Under the pieces are notes generated by a model that saw nothing but the letters and a program-made list of their open reading frames with translations, was not told the DNA's origin and made no database searches. A DNA stretch of 64,000 nt from a virus. The position numbers and the translations under genes were made by a program. Shown piece after piece: positions 17,009 through 26,109 of the stretch (the stretch's first letter is position 1; the number at the start of each line of letters is the position of its first letter). The DNA is taken from positions 1 to 64,000 of the IMG/VR virus record IMGVR_UViG_3300025828_004167, one strand, 5' to 3'.

Positions 17009-18487
17009 ATGAAAGACCAATCTGACATAGTACTTTGTAACATTCCTTTTATGAGTGTTGCTTACGCACCAGCCGGCACTAGCCTTCTTAAAGCATGCCT
17101 GCAGGAACAAGGTTTTACCTGTACAGTAAAAGATTATAACATCAAATTATGGGATAGTCTATCTGATAAAAAAATCATCGATGATCTTGAAAACTATTTC
17201 ACAGTCAATACCTCGCTAGACACAGACACACAGGTTTTAGTTGATCAGTACTATGAACTTATTGTGTCCGAACTGGTTAAACTAGATCCCAAGTGGATAG
17301 GATTCAGTGTATTCACATTCCAATGCCAGAGAGCTACCACAGAGATACTACAGAGGTTGAGGGGTAGATACAGAGGTAAAATAATGGTGGGTGGTGCTGG
17401 AATAAGCACCAGGGGTATAGCAAGTTCAAACGCCGATTATGCCGAAAAACTCATAAAAGACAACCTCATAGATGCCTACATCAAAGGTGATGGAGATATA
17501 GCGTTAATCGAATTACTGAAGGGCAATCTAGAATTTGCAGGTATAAACGGCAATCCATACAAAGGAGTGCCTGACTTAAACGTAATTCCGAAGCCAGACT
17601 GGAGCGATGTAATAGATTTGCCATACAGATACCATGATAGGAAAATTTTGCCTATCACTGGTAGCAGGGGTTGTGTAAGACACTGCACATTCTGTGACAT
17701 ACATGAATTTTGGACAAAATTCAAATTCAGGTCAGGCCAAAATATAGCCGACGAAATGATAGAAAATTACAAAACGCACGGTATCACAGATTTCTATTTC
17801 ATGGACAGTCTCATAAACGGCAGTATGAAAGCATTCAGAGAACTTTGTCATACTTTAGTAAACTATTACAAAGAAAACAACTTGCCCGAAAAATTTTTTA
17901 GATGGGGCGGGCAGTTTATTGTGCGTTCGAAAACACAGATGCTTCCTGAGGATTTTGAAGTGGCGGCGAAAAGTGGATGTGACAACCTTTGCTGGGGTGT
18001 CGAATCTGGCAGTGAAAAAGTTAGGAATCACATGCAGAAACAATTCTCAAACGACGACCTAGACTACTGCATGGAACAAATGAGCAGAGTAGGCATGCAC
18101 TGCTATTTTTTTATGATTATAGGGTATCCAACGGAAACAGAAAAAGATTTCCAAGATAGTCTAGATATGTTCAGCAGATATCAGAAATATGCTATAGAAG
18201 GAACTTTGTACGGAGTAAACCTTGGTGCGTTAGCCAGCATAGACGATGGTACACCACTTTTTAAAAATTCTACCGAGCTAGGATTGACCCCTATACTTCC
18301 GGCAGAACACGCTCATGGATTAAACTGGCAAAGTAAAAAAAATCCAGTAAGTTTAGAAAAAAGAATATTGCGCAGAATATTGATACAGGAACACTGTATC
18401 AAATTGAAATACACCGTGTGGAATGCTGACATGCATTTAAAACGTATTAAAGCAAGTTACGAAAAGATAAAAAACAAAACCTATTAA
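17009..18487 (+). CDS. cobalamin-binding (class B) radical SAM protein, putative methyltransferase
   Basis: N-terminal B12-binding-like domain (APAG..LLKA, IGFSVF, VGGAG, GDGD), SRGCVRHCTFC, DSLING, GVESGS, IIGYPTET. The only + strand gene in the 3.6-64 kb run. Confidence 0.85.
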   Translation: MKDQSDIVLCNIPFMSVAYAPAGTSLLKACLQEQGFTCTVKDYNIKLWDSLSDKKIIDDLENYFTVNTSLDTDTQVLVDQYYELIVSELVKLDPKWIGFSVFTFQCQRATTEILQRLRGRYRGKIMVGGAGISTRGIASSNADYAEKLIKDNLIDAYIKGDGDIALIELLKGNLEFAGINGNPYKGVPDLNVIPKPDWSDVIDLPYRYHDRKILPITGSRGCVRHCTFCDIHEFWTKFKFRSGQNIADEMIENYKTHGITDFYFMDSLINGSMKAFRELCHTLVNYYKENNLPEKFFRWGGQFIVRSKTQMLPEDFEVAAKSGCDNLCWGVESGSEKVRNHMQKQFSNDDLDYCMEQMSRVGMHCYFFMIIGYPTETEKDFQDSLDMFSRYQKYAIEGTLYGVNLGALASIDDGTPLFKNSTELGLTPILPAEHAHGLNWQSKKNPVSLEKRILRRILIQEHCIKLKYTVWNADMHLKRIKASYEKIKNKTY

Positions 18488-19495
18488 TTACCATTCGGTG
18501 GCATGGATCAAATTCCATTTTGCCGATGAACATTTTTCAAAACATTCTTTAGGACCTTCTCCTATTAATAAATCTGTCTGTAATTTTTTCCATTTTTCAT
18601 CCTCAAGAACATCAGGCAATTTCCTATCAAAATCTATGTAATCAAAAAGTTTTTTGTTGTGAGAATATCGTAAACCTGTCCAGCAACAGGGAAAGAACTT
18701 ACCTTCAGCGTTTATATAAAGGCCCTTGTTTCCAATCAAGCATAACGGAACCACACTTCTCTTAGAAACGTCCATCTCATGAAATCTTTTCGTGAAGATA
18801 TCAAGAGTAGAATCTTTCCACTTGCGTGTTGACAAAGATGTAAATTGCCTGGTAAACCTTCCCTGTGCCACATATTCGTCACTGGGTTGTAATGGATCAT
18901 TGGTGGGATATCCACTGTAATTTTTTCCAAACTTTGTGCTTAGGGTAAGTTGGAATCTGTCAAAACGCAAAGCCAGTGCCATTTGCTTCATGTATTCTAT
19001 TTTTTGCTCATTGAATTTAAAAGCAATAGCGGCCCATGTCTTGTATGGTCTGCTCAATTGTTTTATACCATTGACAATAGATTCCCAATTGCAATTGATT
19101 CTATAGATTTCATTTGATTCTTGATCCCAACCATCTAAACTAAAATGCACATTATCGTTTTCATCTAGCAATGAATTTAATTTCATCCACCAATCTCGGG
19201 TTTTGAAACTGCCGTTCGTGACAATAACAAATTGTATCTTTGGATTTTCATTTTTCAACCATTCAATGATCGAAAGCAAATCCTTGGCGTATATCGGATC
19301 GCCGTCGTCTCCACAGAAAGTGATCTTTTTCACATCTTTTGCGAATATAAAATTTTCCTTGAACCATTCCAAGGACAGCTCTTTGTTAACAAACCCAGGC
19401 AATTCTTGTCTGGTGCATCTAGGACATTTCAGTGGACATTTACCACTTATTTCAATGTGCCAATGTTCCAGCGGCCAATTATTGTGATTTTCCAT
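18488..19495 (-). CDS. radical SAM protein with C-terminal twitch/SPASM domain
   Basis: CPLKCPRC, CGDDGDP, TNGS, FSLDG; C-terminal C...PCCW...CFEKC. Likely start is MENHN at 19495. Confidence 0.85.
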   Translation of the reverse strand: MENHNNWPLEHWHIEISGKCPLKCPRCTRQELPGFVNKELSLEWFKENFIFAKDVKKITFCGDDGDPIYAKDLLSIIEWLKNENPKIQFVIVTNGSFKTRDWWMKLNSLLDENDNVHFSLDGWDQESNEIYRINCNWESIVNGIKQLSRPYKTWAAIAFKFNEQKIEYMKQMALALRFDRFQLTLSTKFGKNYSGYPTNDPLQPSDEYVAQGRFTRQFTSLSTRKWKDSTLDIFTKRFHEMDVSKRSVVPLCLIGNKGLYINAEGKFFPCCWTGLRYSHNKKLFDYIDFDRKLPDVLEDEKWKKLQTDLLIGEGPKECFEKCSSAKWNLIHATEW

Positions 19496-19988
19496 CTTGT
19501 TCCTCCACAATTTTGCCAAAGTATTCCTTCATCTCGTACAATAGATCCATGTTGTATGATCCCATGTTGCTACTGACCTTTGCTCCATGGGTATGGTAAT
19601 CTAGCAAGAAGTCTATAACGGGTGACTGCATATTATATTCTATGTAACCATTATGTCCAAGGTACAAATTGGATTCCCATTTGAAGTCATTCTTATCTTG
19701 CCAACTAGGGATCTCAGGTACTTGGGTAGTTTCCCACAACATGTTTTTTATGTCAATGTCGTTAAAGTATATCTTTTTGACTTCTACAAATTTTTCACTT
19801 TCTTTCTTCATATCTTTGCCATAGTGCATGATACAGAATTTGAATGTCCCCTTGCCTACACAAAATTCAAAGTCCTCCGACACATTGTCTCCCACAAAAT
19901 CATGCGCTACCTTGCCATTAACCAACACTTTGCATTTTGGATTTCCAAATGCTTCATAGTCTATCCTACATTTAATTCTTTCTTCCAT
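19479..19988 (-). CDS. hypothetical protein, 169 aa
   Basis: Overlaps both neighbours in the operon; beta-rich; no motif recognised. Confidence 0.65.
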   Translation of the reverse strand: MEERIKCRIDYEAFGNPKCKVLVNGKVAHDFVGDNVSEDFEFCVGKGTFKFCIMHYGKDMKKESEKFVEVKKIYFNDIDIKNMLWETTQVPEIPSWQDKNDFKWESNLYLGHNGYIEYNMQSPVIDFLLDYHTHGAKVSSNMGSYNMDLLYEMKEYFGKIVEEQDGKSQ

Positions 19989-20715
19989 CTTTTCCTTTGA
20001 AGTAATCTTTCAGTTTATTGTATTCATCATCCGGACAGAGGATGTCACTCTTGAACATCACGTCTTTGACCCAGTGGTAGTGTGCTATAGGAGGTGGATG
20101 TGACTCGCCGGGTATGTAGTACTCCTTGTAGTGATCCTCCGCAAATTCCCAGAGTCCTGCCTTGTCCTTGTAGAATAAAAATTTTGTCCAATCGATTTGA
20201 TTATATAAAGCTCGTTCACTCTCACTGTAGAAACTGTCACGTAGAACATCCTTGTTGAATATCATCATCGTATAAGGTATTTGCTTTTTATCTAGTACCA
20301 GTTGTGTCCTTTGTATATGTTCAAGTGTCCTGTAATACTGATGCTCTTCATCCCAGAAATGTCTACGATAGTATTCATGCTTGTCTTTTTCCGGGTGTCC
20401 CCCGTACCAGGTGCTCCACTGAAAGTCCTCGTCCCACACATAGTAAGTCACACGTCCTTTGACCTCATCTGCCCCTTTGTCTTTTGTGATCACTTCGTAC
20501 CTATCTGTGCCCGACCACATGATGTATATGTGATCTACCTGAGTGTGTTTCATCGCACTGTTGATCGCCGCACGTGATATCGTCTCATTGCCGCTACCTG
20601 ACCTGCCCTTGTTCAGCATCGTGATACCACCATTGAACCAAGGCACGAATTTGGGCCAGCATGGCCACGCGTACCTGGTGAAACTGCAACCGTGTGCTAT
20701 GGTCTTGTTATGCAT
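19972..20715 (-). CDS. SGNH/GDSL-like hydrolase or acyltransferase
   Basis: AHGCSFT, GSGN, IMWS and C-terminal SHP...H; paralog of 10451..11272. Confidence 0.5.
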   Translation of the reverse strand: MHNKTIAHGCSFTRYAWPCWPKFVPWFNGGITMLNKGRSGSGNETISRAAINSAMKHTQVDHIYIMWSGTDRYEVITKDKGADEVKGRVTYYVWDEDFQWSTWYGGHPEKDKHEYYRRHFWDEEHQYYRTLEHIQRTQLVLDKKQIPYTMMIFNKDVLRDSFYSESERALYNQIDWTKFLFYKDKAGLWEFAEDHYKEYYIPGESHPPPIAHYHWVKDVMFKSDILCPDDEYNKLKDYFKGKDGRKN

Positions 20716-22078
20716 TCCTACACTCCTCCCAGAACTCCTCCATCTCAGGGAAGGTGTTAAGGAACCTTGTTAGCCGCCTGCGATCGTGTTCGTTGAAGAA
20801 AGCGTAAAAATTCTTTTTATGCTGTACGCTCGCGTCAGCGTTCTCGCGCCAGTAGGCGAGGTTGCGTCGCATCTTTTGTATCTCGAAGTCCTTGAAAATG
20901 TGTAGCCCGTTTTCTTCGCCAGAATTCAGTTCCATGTACTTGATGTTGTCCTCGTGTATGCTCTGGTACGACTCTGGCAGTAGTGTGATCTGTTGCCATG
21001 CGGGTTGGCGTAGTAATGGCACGTCGAACCAAACACGTTGGTATGTCTTGCTATATTTTTTACGCAGATCCAATATCTTCTCCAGCAGTTTATCCATGCT
21101 GGTGATACTCAGGTTGTTGTAGGTGCATATAAACGTTATCGAGTTACGGACAGGAATGCGATCCAGAAACTCCTCCACGTTGTCCATCATGTAGTTGAAA
21201 TCTAATCCATTCCTTATGTATTCGGCTCGTTTGCCAAACGCATCCACAGAAACAAACTGCATCATGTGTTCCACTTTCTCCTCCATGCAGATGTTCTGCA
21301 CCATGTTGAAGTACTTCTTTTTCAGTTTCTCGTCGGCCGGACACATGTTGGATGTGACATTTAGATGTAGGTCCTGTTTGGGGTGGTCCATTATGTACTG
21401 TAGCACCCGGTAGGTGTTGTGATCCATCATGGGCTCGCCCCCGGTCATGCGGAAGTGTTTTAGGTTCTTGTACAGTTCTGGCCACCACTTCCAGAAAGCA
21501 TCAACATATGGGTTGGATTCCCTGTTGGGTATTGGACTCCTACGCCCTTGGAAGTGCTCGGGCGCGTTGTGTGGAGGGGTAGTCGGGTACTCCCCATAGC
21601 GTTCCGTCTCCTTGCCCCAGGTGGTGGAGAACTGTGGCGAACAGTAACTACACTTGAAATTACAAGCGTGGTTGAAGTTGACCTCCACGTACCTGGGTGT
21701 CCATGTCTCAGACAATGGATTCTTAACAATTTCTTCGAAGTCCTGCATGGCCCATGGCTCACCGCTACGATAATGCCTGTCACTCATCTCATTAGCGTCC
21801 TCCAGTTTCCAGCAATAACTACAACCTTTGGGTCTTTCGCCCTTCAACATCTGTTCCCTTTGCTCCAACTTCTCTGAGGTGTTGTGCAGTGCGGCTGGAT
21901 TGCTCTGTAGTTTCGTAGCATCTATCTCGTGCAGTGGCGGGTGGTAGCAGGAATTGGTCAGTCCCGTTGGCAGGTGCAGTGACGTCTGGTTCCATTTGGC
22001 CAGGCACATGGTGGGAGAAACTTGTTTAAGTTTTTCCTTGGCCCGCAGTGCGTCTGATTTGTAATCACTAGTACTCAC
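20708..22078 (-). CDS. radical SAM protein with N-terminal twitch/SPASM domain
   Basis: CLAKW...CYHP...CSYCW then CNFKCSYC, GGEP, SVD. Confidence 0.88.
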   Translation of the reverse strand: MSTSDYKSDALRAKEKLKQVSPTMCLAKWNQTSLHLPTGLTNSCYHPPLHEIDATKLQSNPAALHNTSEKLEQREQMLKGERPKGCSYCWKLEDANEMSDRHYRSGEPWAMQDFEEIVKNPLSETWTPRYVEVNFNHACNFKCSYCSPQFSTTWGKETERYGEYPTTPPHNAPEHFQGRRSPIPNRESNPYVDAFWKWWPELYKNLKHFRMTGGEPMMDHNTYRVLQYIMDHPKQDLHLNVTSNMCPADEKLKKKYFNMVQNICMEEKVEHMMQFVSVDAFGKRAEYIRNGLDFNYMMDNVEEFLDRIPVRNSITFICTYNNLSITSMDKLLEKILDLRKKYSKTYQRVWFDVPLLRQPAWQQITLLPESYQSIHEDNIKYMELNSGEENGLHIFKDFEIQKMRRNLAYWRENADASVQHKKNFYAFFNEHDRRRLTRFLNTFPEMEEFWEECRNA

Positions 22079-22970
22079 GATCTTGCACTCCTTTGTTGAC
22101 GTGCGGTGGCATGCAGTATTTGAAAAAACGACTCTGCTCTGCGTCTAGCTCTGCTACCGGAATATCCAACCGGGTCCTTATACTCTCTCCGTACAATTTT
22201 AATTCTTCATCCAAGTTTGTCATGTGGTCCTGCAGGTTTTGGTCATAGATGTCCTTCATCATGTCGAGATCAGATATCTGATACAGGCTGTCGTCTCCAA
22301 GTGCGGTTTTGTAACAACCAATTCTTGCACCCAACATGGCATACTGACCGTTTTCGACCTCTGCACCCACCGACATCCAAGTTGTGAGAATCTTTAAATT
22401 TGCCGCCCATATCCTTTGTCTGAATTCTGATGGGGAGACCCTCTCCCCCTTCTCCAAACTCATCTTAACACCTTCCCTGTATCCGGCCACAAATGCCTGT
22501 CTTGGCGTGGAATTGATCACTGTCTGCGAATAGCAGTTGTGTAAATTCTCGTGTTTGACTGTCCAGCAGAAATCTAATTTGGCTCTTGAATCTTTTGCGT
22601 TCTCGTGTGTATGCATATTCAAACAAGTTTCCTTGTCCCATCCTACCAAACCACCATTGCCGTACACAAGACCGTTTATGCTGTTTTTTGCCCTCCATCT
22701 GTGCACCGCTTTTTTGTCTGTCTTGGTCCAATCTAGTGTCTCCAACAGGAACTTCTCGTCAATAATGTTGTCACCGTCAATGCTTATGAAGAAGTCGGTC
22801 TCCGCCACGTCGGCCGCGGCCTTGTGTGCGTTGTCGAAGCCGACCACACCGTCCACACGCTTGGCCCAGGGCACCTTGTTCTTGAGGTCCACCCAGTTCT
22901 GTTCCTTGTTGGGTTCCTTGAACGAGATGTACACGAAGTCCAGATCGCTTACTCGTACTCTATCAACCAT
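22068..22970 (-). CDS. glycosyltransferase-like protein (GT-A)
   Basis: DFVYISFKEPN, AHKAAA, IDGDN (DxD), YGNGG, AFVAGYREGVK. Confidence 0.6.
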   Translation of the reverse strand: MVDRVRVSDLDFVYISFKEPNKEQNWVDLKNKVPWAKRVDGVVGFDNAHKAAADVAETDFFISIDGDNIIDEKFLLETLDWTKTDKKAVHRWRAKNSINGLVYGNGGLVGWDKETCLNMHTHENAKDSRAKLDFCWTVKHENLHNCYSQTVINSTPRQAFVAGYREGVKMSLEKGERVSPSEFRQRIWAANLKILTTWMSVGAEVENGQYAMLGARIGCYKTALGDDSLYQISDLDMMKDIYDQNLQDHMTNLDEELKLYGESIRTRLDIPVAELDAEQSRFFKYCMPPHVNKGVQDREY

Positions 22971-23263
22971 GTCTCTCCTCCATTCACTATTCCATTGGGC
23001 CAGTGTATATCGCCCTGTTCAAAACTGTAGCCTTTCCTTGCTTTCTGCAAAACGCTGTAACGTGTTTTGGGTTTGGGTTTGGGTTTGAGAACAAACTCCG
23101 TACCAAGTTCCCCAGTTTTGATTGTGTAATTTTCCTCACCGTGTTGCATTATCTCCAGTTTCTTTTTGAGAGGCACATCGTATTGTTTGCCCTGTATGAT
23201 CACGAAATGTTTCTTCTCCGGTGGTTGCGGTAATCCCTGTAATGCTTCAAGAAACTCTGACAT
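22949..23263 (-). CDS. hypothetical protein, 104 aa
   Basis: In-operon ORF overlapping both neighbours. Confidence 0.6.
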   Translation of the reverse strand: MSEFLEALQGLPQPPEKKHFVIIQGKQYDVPLKKKLEIMQHGEENYTIKTGELGTEFVLKPKPKPKTRYSVLQKARKGYSFEQGDIHWPNGIVNGGETWLIEYE

Positions 23264-24041
23264 TCATCCCCTTATCGAAGTAGTGCCACGCCCTAGAAAC
23301 CCTTTTGTCTCCTAGGTAGAAGGCATCCTGATGTTTGTTTGGGTACAGATAATTGTTTTGATCTTTCATGTTGTCTAGCCCATTGACCGACGGCTTGTGA
23401 TGTAAGAACTTAAACCATTCGTAATCGATCAGTTTTTTGTTTGTGGGATCGATCATCCTGTATGCGAGTGCGAACACCACGTCAGTGCTTGGATATTCGT
23501 CGTGACAGTTTATCAACATGGTTTTCCTGATCTGTTGCCAGTTCTGTGTGATGTGCCGTGTATGCTCAAAGAAGTTTTGTGCCCATTTACTTTTTCTGAA
23601 GTACATCAAACCATTGTAGATGTTTGGCAGGTAATTCCTACGGAATAGACTCCTATAGGGTGTTTGCTTGACCACTTGATCCTTGTAGTTCCTGCAATTC
23701 ACACTGAACACTAGATCATGTTGCCATAGATGATACCACCACCAATCCGTGGTGTCCGTCCATAGTATGTCGGCCTCTAACTTGATCGTGTGGGTGAACG
23801 GGCTCATATAGAAAGCCTTATGTTCGTTGGCCCATTTGATCTCATGATCTACGCTGTCATCCTGTTTTAACACTTTCACAACGTCCACCGATGGGTGTTC
23901 GAACCTGCTCTTTTCATCTGTGATCACACAGATCTGGTTATCTTTATTCCAACGCTTGATGCTCTCCGCGAGTTTTATGCTCAACCCAACATAATCCGTG
24001 GTATCGTTGTTCTGCGCAAACCATAGGAAACCCCTAGACAT
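23247..24041 (-). CDS. glycosyltransferase-like protein (GT-A, GT8/mannosyltransferase-like)
   Basis: RGFLWFAQN, SPFTHTIKLEADIL (ExD variant), NIYNGLMYF, TDVVFA. Confidence 0.6.
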   Translation of the reverse strand: MSRGFLWFAQNNDTTDYVGLSIKLAESIKRWNKDNQICVITDEKSRFEHPSVDVVKVLKQDDSVDHEIKWANEHKAFYMSPFTHTIKLEADILWTDTTDWWWYHLWQHDLVFSVNCRNYKDQVVKQTPYRSLFRRNYLPNIYNGLMYFRKSKWAQNFFEHTRHITQNWQQIRKTMLINCHDEYPSTDVVFALAYRMIDPTNKKLIDYEWFKFLHHKPSVNGLDNMKDQNNYLYPNKHQDAFYLGDKRVSRAWHYFDKGMNVRVS

Positions 24042-24786
24042 CGGCCAACTCCTTGTTCAAAACGTGTACGTCCTGGTGTTCCGTGTAGTTGATCTGATCG
24101 TTGTACTGCCAGGCGATGCCGGTGTCGGTGAATTTTACTACCTTGCAGTCAGACGGCAATGTGGACAACCTAATAGGCAATGTGTCATAACTTATAAATC
24201 CATTCGCCTGTTCTAATGCAATAGCGAACGCATAATCGTTACGGAAGTTTTTGCCATATACTCTGTACATCTCGTTGAAATAATGGTAATACTGTTTGAC
24301 ATATTTCACAGTGTCAAAAATACGTTTGGCCTTTTTGCCCTTACGGAATATGAACACCGTGGCCCACACCATATCTATCATGCTCCAACGCCTCTGATCG
24401 AAACTGTTTCTGTTAGTGAGATCATATGCATCCTTTGATATCAGAAAATCGTAATCAGTGTCCAGGAACTGCCTAAGATTGTCTGTGAATGGGAAATAGT
24501 CGATGTCCATAACGAGTGTGACGTCATAGGGTGACAGTTCGTATGCCATGTGGCGATCCACGTTACGCCATTCAGATCCGTTCTTCCTATTGCCCAATTC
24601 CGGTTCGATGAATTTGTAATTGATGAAGCCTAACGGACGTAATTTTCTATACGTGTCGTAGTTTGTAACCACCGTGATTTCTAACTGTAAATTTTTCTTA
24701 ATTAGGGTTACACACTGCTCCAATATCCTATGATAGGAAACATCCTCTGTGTCAAAACAAAATAATAATACACCCTTGGTCATCAA
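24034..24786 (-). CDS. glycosyltransferase-like protein (GT-A)
   Basis: KGVLLF, AYELSPYDVTLVMDIDY (DxD), WATVFIF, RNDYAF, DVHVLNK; tandem paralog of 23247..24041. Confidence 0.65.
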   Translation of the reverse strand: MMTKGVLLFCFDTEDVSYHRILEQCVTLIKKNLQLEITVVTNYDTYRKLRPLGFINYKFIEPELGNRKNGSEWRNVDRHMAYELSPYDVTLVMDIDYFPFTDNLRQFLDTDYDFLISKDAYDLTNRNSFDQRRWSMIDMVWATVFIFRKGKKAKRIFDTVKYVKQYYHYFNEMYRVYGKNFRNDYAFAIALEQANGFISYDTLPIRLSTLPSDCKVVKFTDTGIAWQYNDQINYTEHQDVHVLNKELADV

Positions 24787-25100
24787 CCACCTCGTTTTCC
24801 AAACGTCTTTGACATTTGGTGATACGTGTTGATGGCTTCTTGATTACGAGAGATCAGCAGTTCCAGAAATTCCGTTGGATCAATTATTTCTACTGGATTG
24901 TCATTCGTGTCCAATACGAAAAATTTTTCCATGGTTTCCTTCAGTGTTCTGACCAGACAGATGGTTTCAGCATCCGCACGGAATATGTGTTCTCGGTACA
25001 CCACAACCATCCGTGAGTGTGCCTTCTCCAGGGCGTTGCGCTTGGCAACGGCTATATCATACGAGAGGTCAGATTGTTTTTTTAGTTCGCCAATGTCCAT
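24783..25100 (-). CDS. hypothetical protein, possibly a fibre-assembly/chaperone-like protein
   Basis: Likely start is MDIGELKK at 25100, 6 nt below a -10 box; VLDTNDNPV motif. The function is a guess from position. Confidence 0.6.
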   Translation of the reverse strand: MDIGELKKQSDLSYDIAVAKRNALEKAHSRMVVVYREHIFRADAETICLVRTLKETMEKFFVLDTNDNPVEIIDPTEFLELLISRNQEAINTYHQMSKTFGKRGG

Positions 25101-25106
25101 ACCACA

Positions 25107-25135
25107 ATTATACAATAATTATGGTGGAAATTCAA
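25107..25135 (-). promoter_or_regulatory. sigma70-type promoter, probably yielding a leaderless mRNA
   Basis: Minus strand TTGAAT(25135-25130)-N17-TATAAT(25112-25107), followed after 6 nt by ATG 25100; no SD. Confidence 0.7.
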
Positions 25136-25148
25136 CCTGGTAAAATTA

Positions 25149-26105
25149 TTACGATGCTGAGTTTGAAACTTCCGTGTTGGAACTAGACTGGATATTCGCG
25201 CTCAATCCCTCGGTGTTGTTGGGATAGAACTCGGTCAAGGTCAACGTCATCTGAGGAGCCTCGTTAGGGTTGGCTGGCACACCTGACGTGTTGGGTGAAG
25301 TGTACGTGGTGTCATCCGCTGGGTCCTGTGCAATTTGTTGTATGGTCAATGTGACTGCTGTACCCACCGCCGCGTCCAGTTTGGCATTTATCTCTAAAGT
25401 GTTTGAATTGTAGTCAGCACCATTGTTTGAAGTTAATTTTAGTAATGTAGTGTATCCCGTTCCTAGGTCATGGAATCCATTGGCCAGACCGTCCGTGGTC
25501 AGTGACTCACCCGATCCCGATCTAGTTGATGCTTGTGACTTGAGATCTATGTTACCAAATCCTGAAGCGAGTTCTGAGAACACGGTGTCCTTGTCACCAT
25601 CCACCGATCCCGTTATCGTGGGTGCGATCCTGATGTAGCCGCCAGCGTTGAAGAAGTGTCTCATAGCGTCCGCTGATGCCCAAGTGATCGATCTCTCAAT
25701 GGTAGAAGTAGTGTTCCATGTGCCGGAGTTGGTCGATGCACCCGCCGCCTGTGAAGAAATAGCCGTTGCGTTTGGTGATCCCGCCGCTACCGAAGCCGCC
25801 AGTGTTGCTAGGTCAGCCTCCACGGCCGCCTTGATGGCTATGGTGTCTCCTGCCGATACCTGTGATCTTGTAGTCAGTGTGTCGTTGGTGTGGTTGGCGA
25901 TGTTGTCCATCGAAGTGAATAAGGTGTTCCAATGTGATGCAAGGATGGTGTCTCCCGCGCCCACTGTTGGTATCGCGGCCTGTCCAAGACCATATACCCC
26001 TGATCCTGTGCCCGCGAAATGGTTGTACCCGTATGGTGAACTTGAACTGTTCACAAACGTGTTGTATTCGTCATCTAAAATTTTTTCTCCTGCTACGTAT
26101 CCCAT
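25149..26105 (-). CDS. S/T/A/G-rich virion structural protein (tail/baseplate-associated)
   Basis: GYGQ-like and HFFNAGG motifs and composition typical of myovirus tail-associated proteins; follows a fibre-like gene. Confidence 0.6.
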   Translation of the reverse strand: MGYVAGEKILDDEYNTFVNSSSSPYGYNHFAGTGSGVYGLGQAAIPTVGAGDTILASHWNTLFTSMDNIANHTNDTLTTRSQVSAGDTIAIKAAVEADLATLAASVAAGSPNATAISSQAAGASTNSGTWNTTSTIERSITWASADAMRHFFNAGGYIRIAPTITGSVDGDKDTVFSELASGFGNIDLKSQASTRSGSGESLTTDGLANGFHDLGTGYTTLLKLTSNNGADYNSNTLEINAKLDAAVGTAVTLTIQQIAQDPADDTTYTSPNTSGVPANPNEAPQMTLTLTEFYPNNTEGLSANIQSSSNTEVSNSAS

Positions 26106-26109
26106 AATG

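Noticed and set aside
10363-22078. Classical RiPP cluster
   Set aside because: No leader/core-type precursor, RRE/PqqD domain, peptidase or exporter is evident near the rSAM genes.
23066-23087. Telomere-like (GGGTTT)n run
   Set aside because: It only encodes KPKPKPK in the - strand 104-aa ORF and is too short to be a repeat element.
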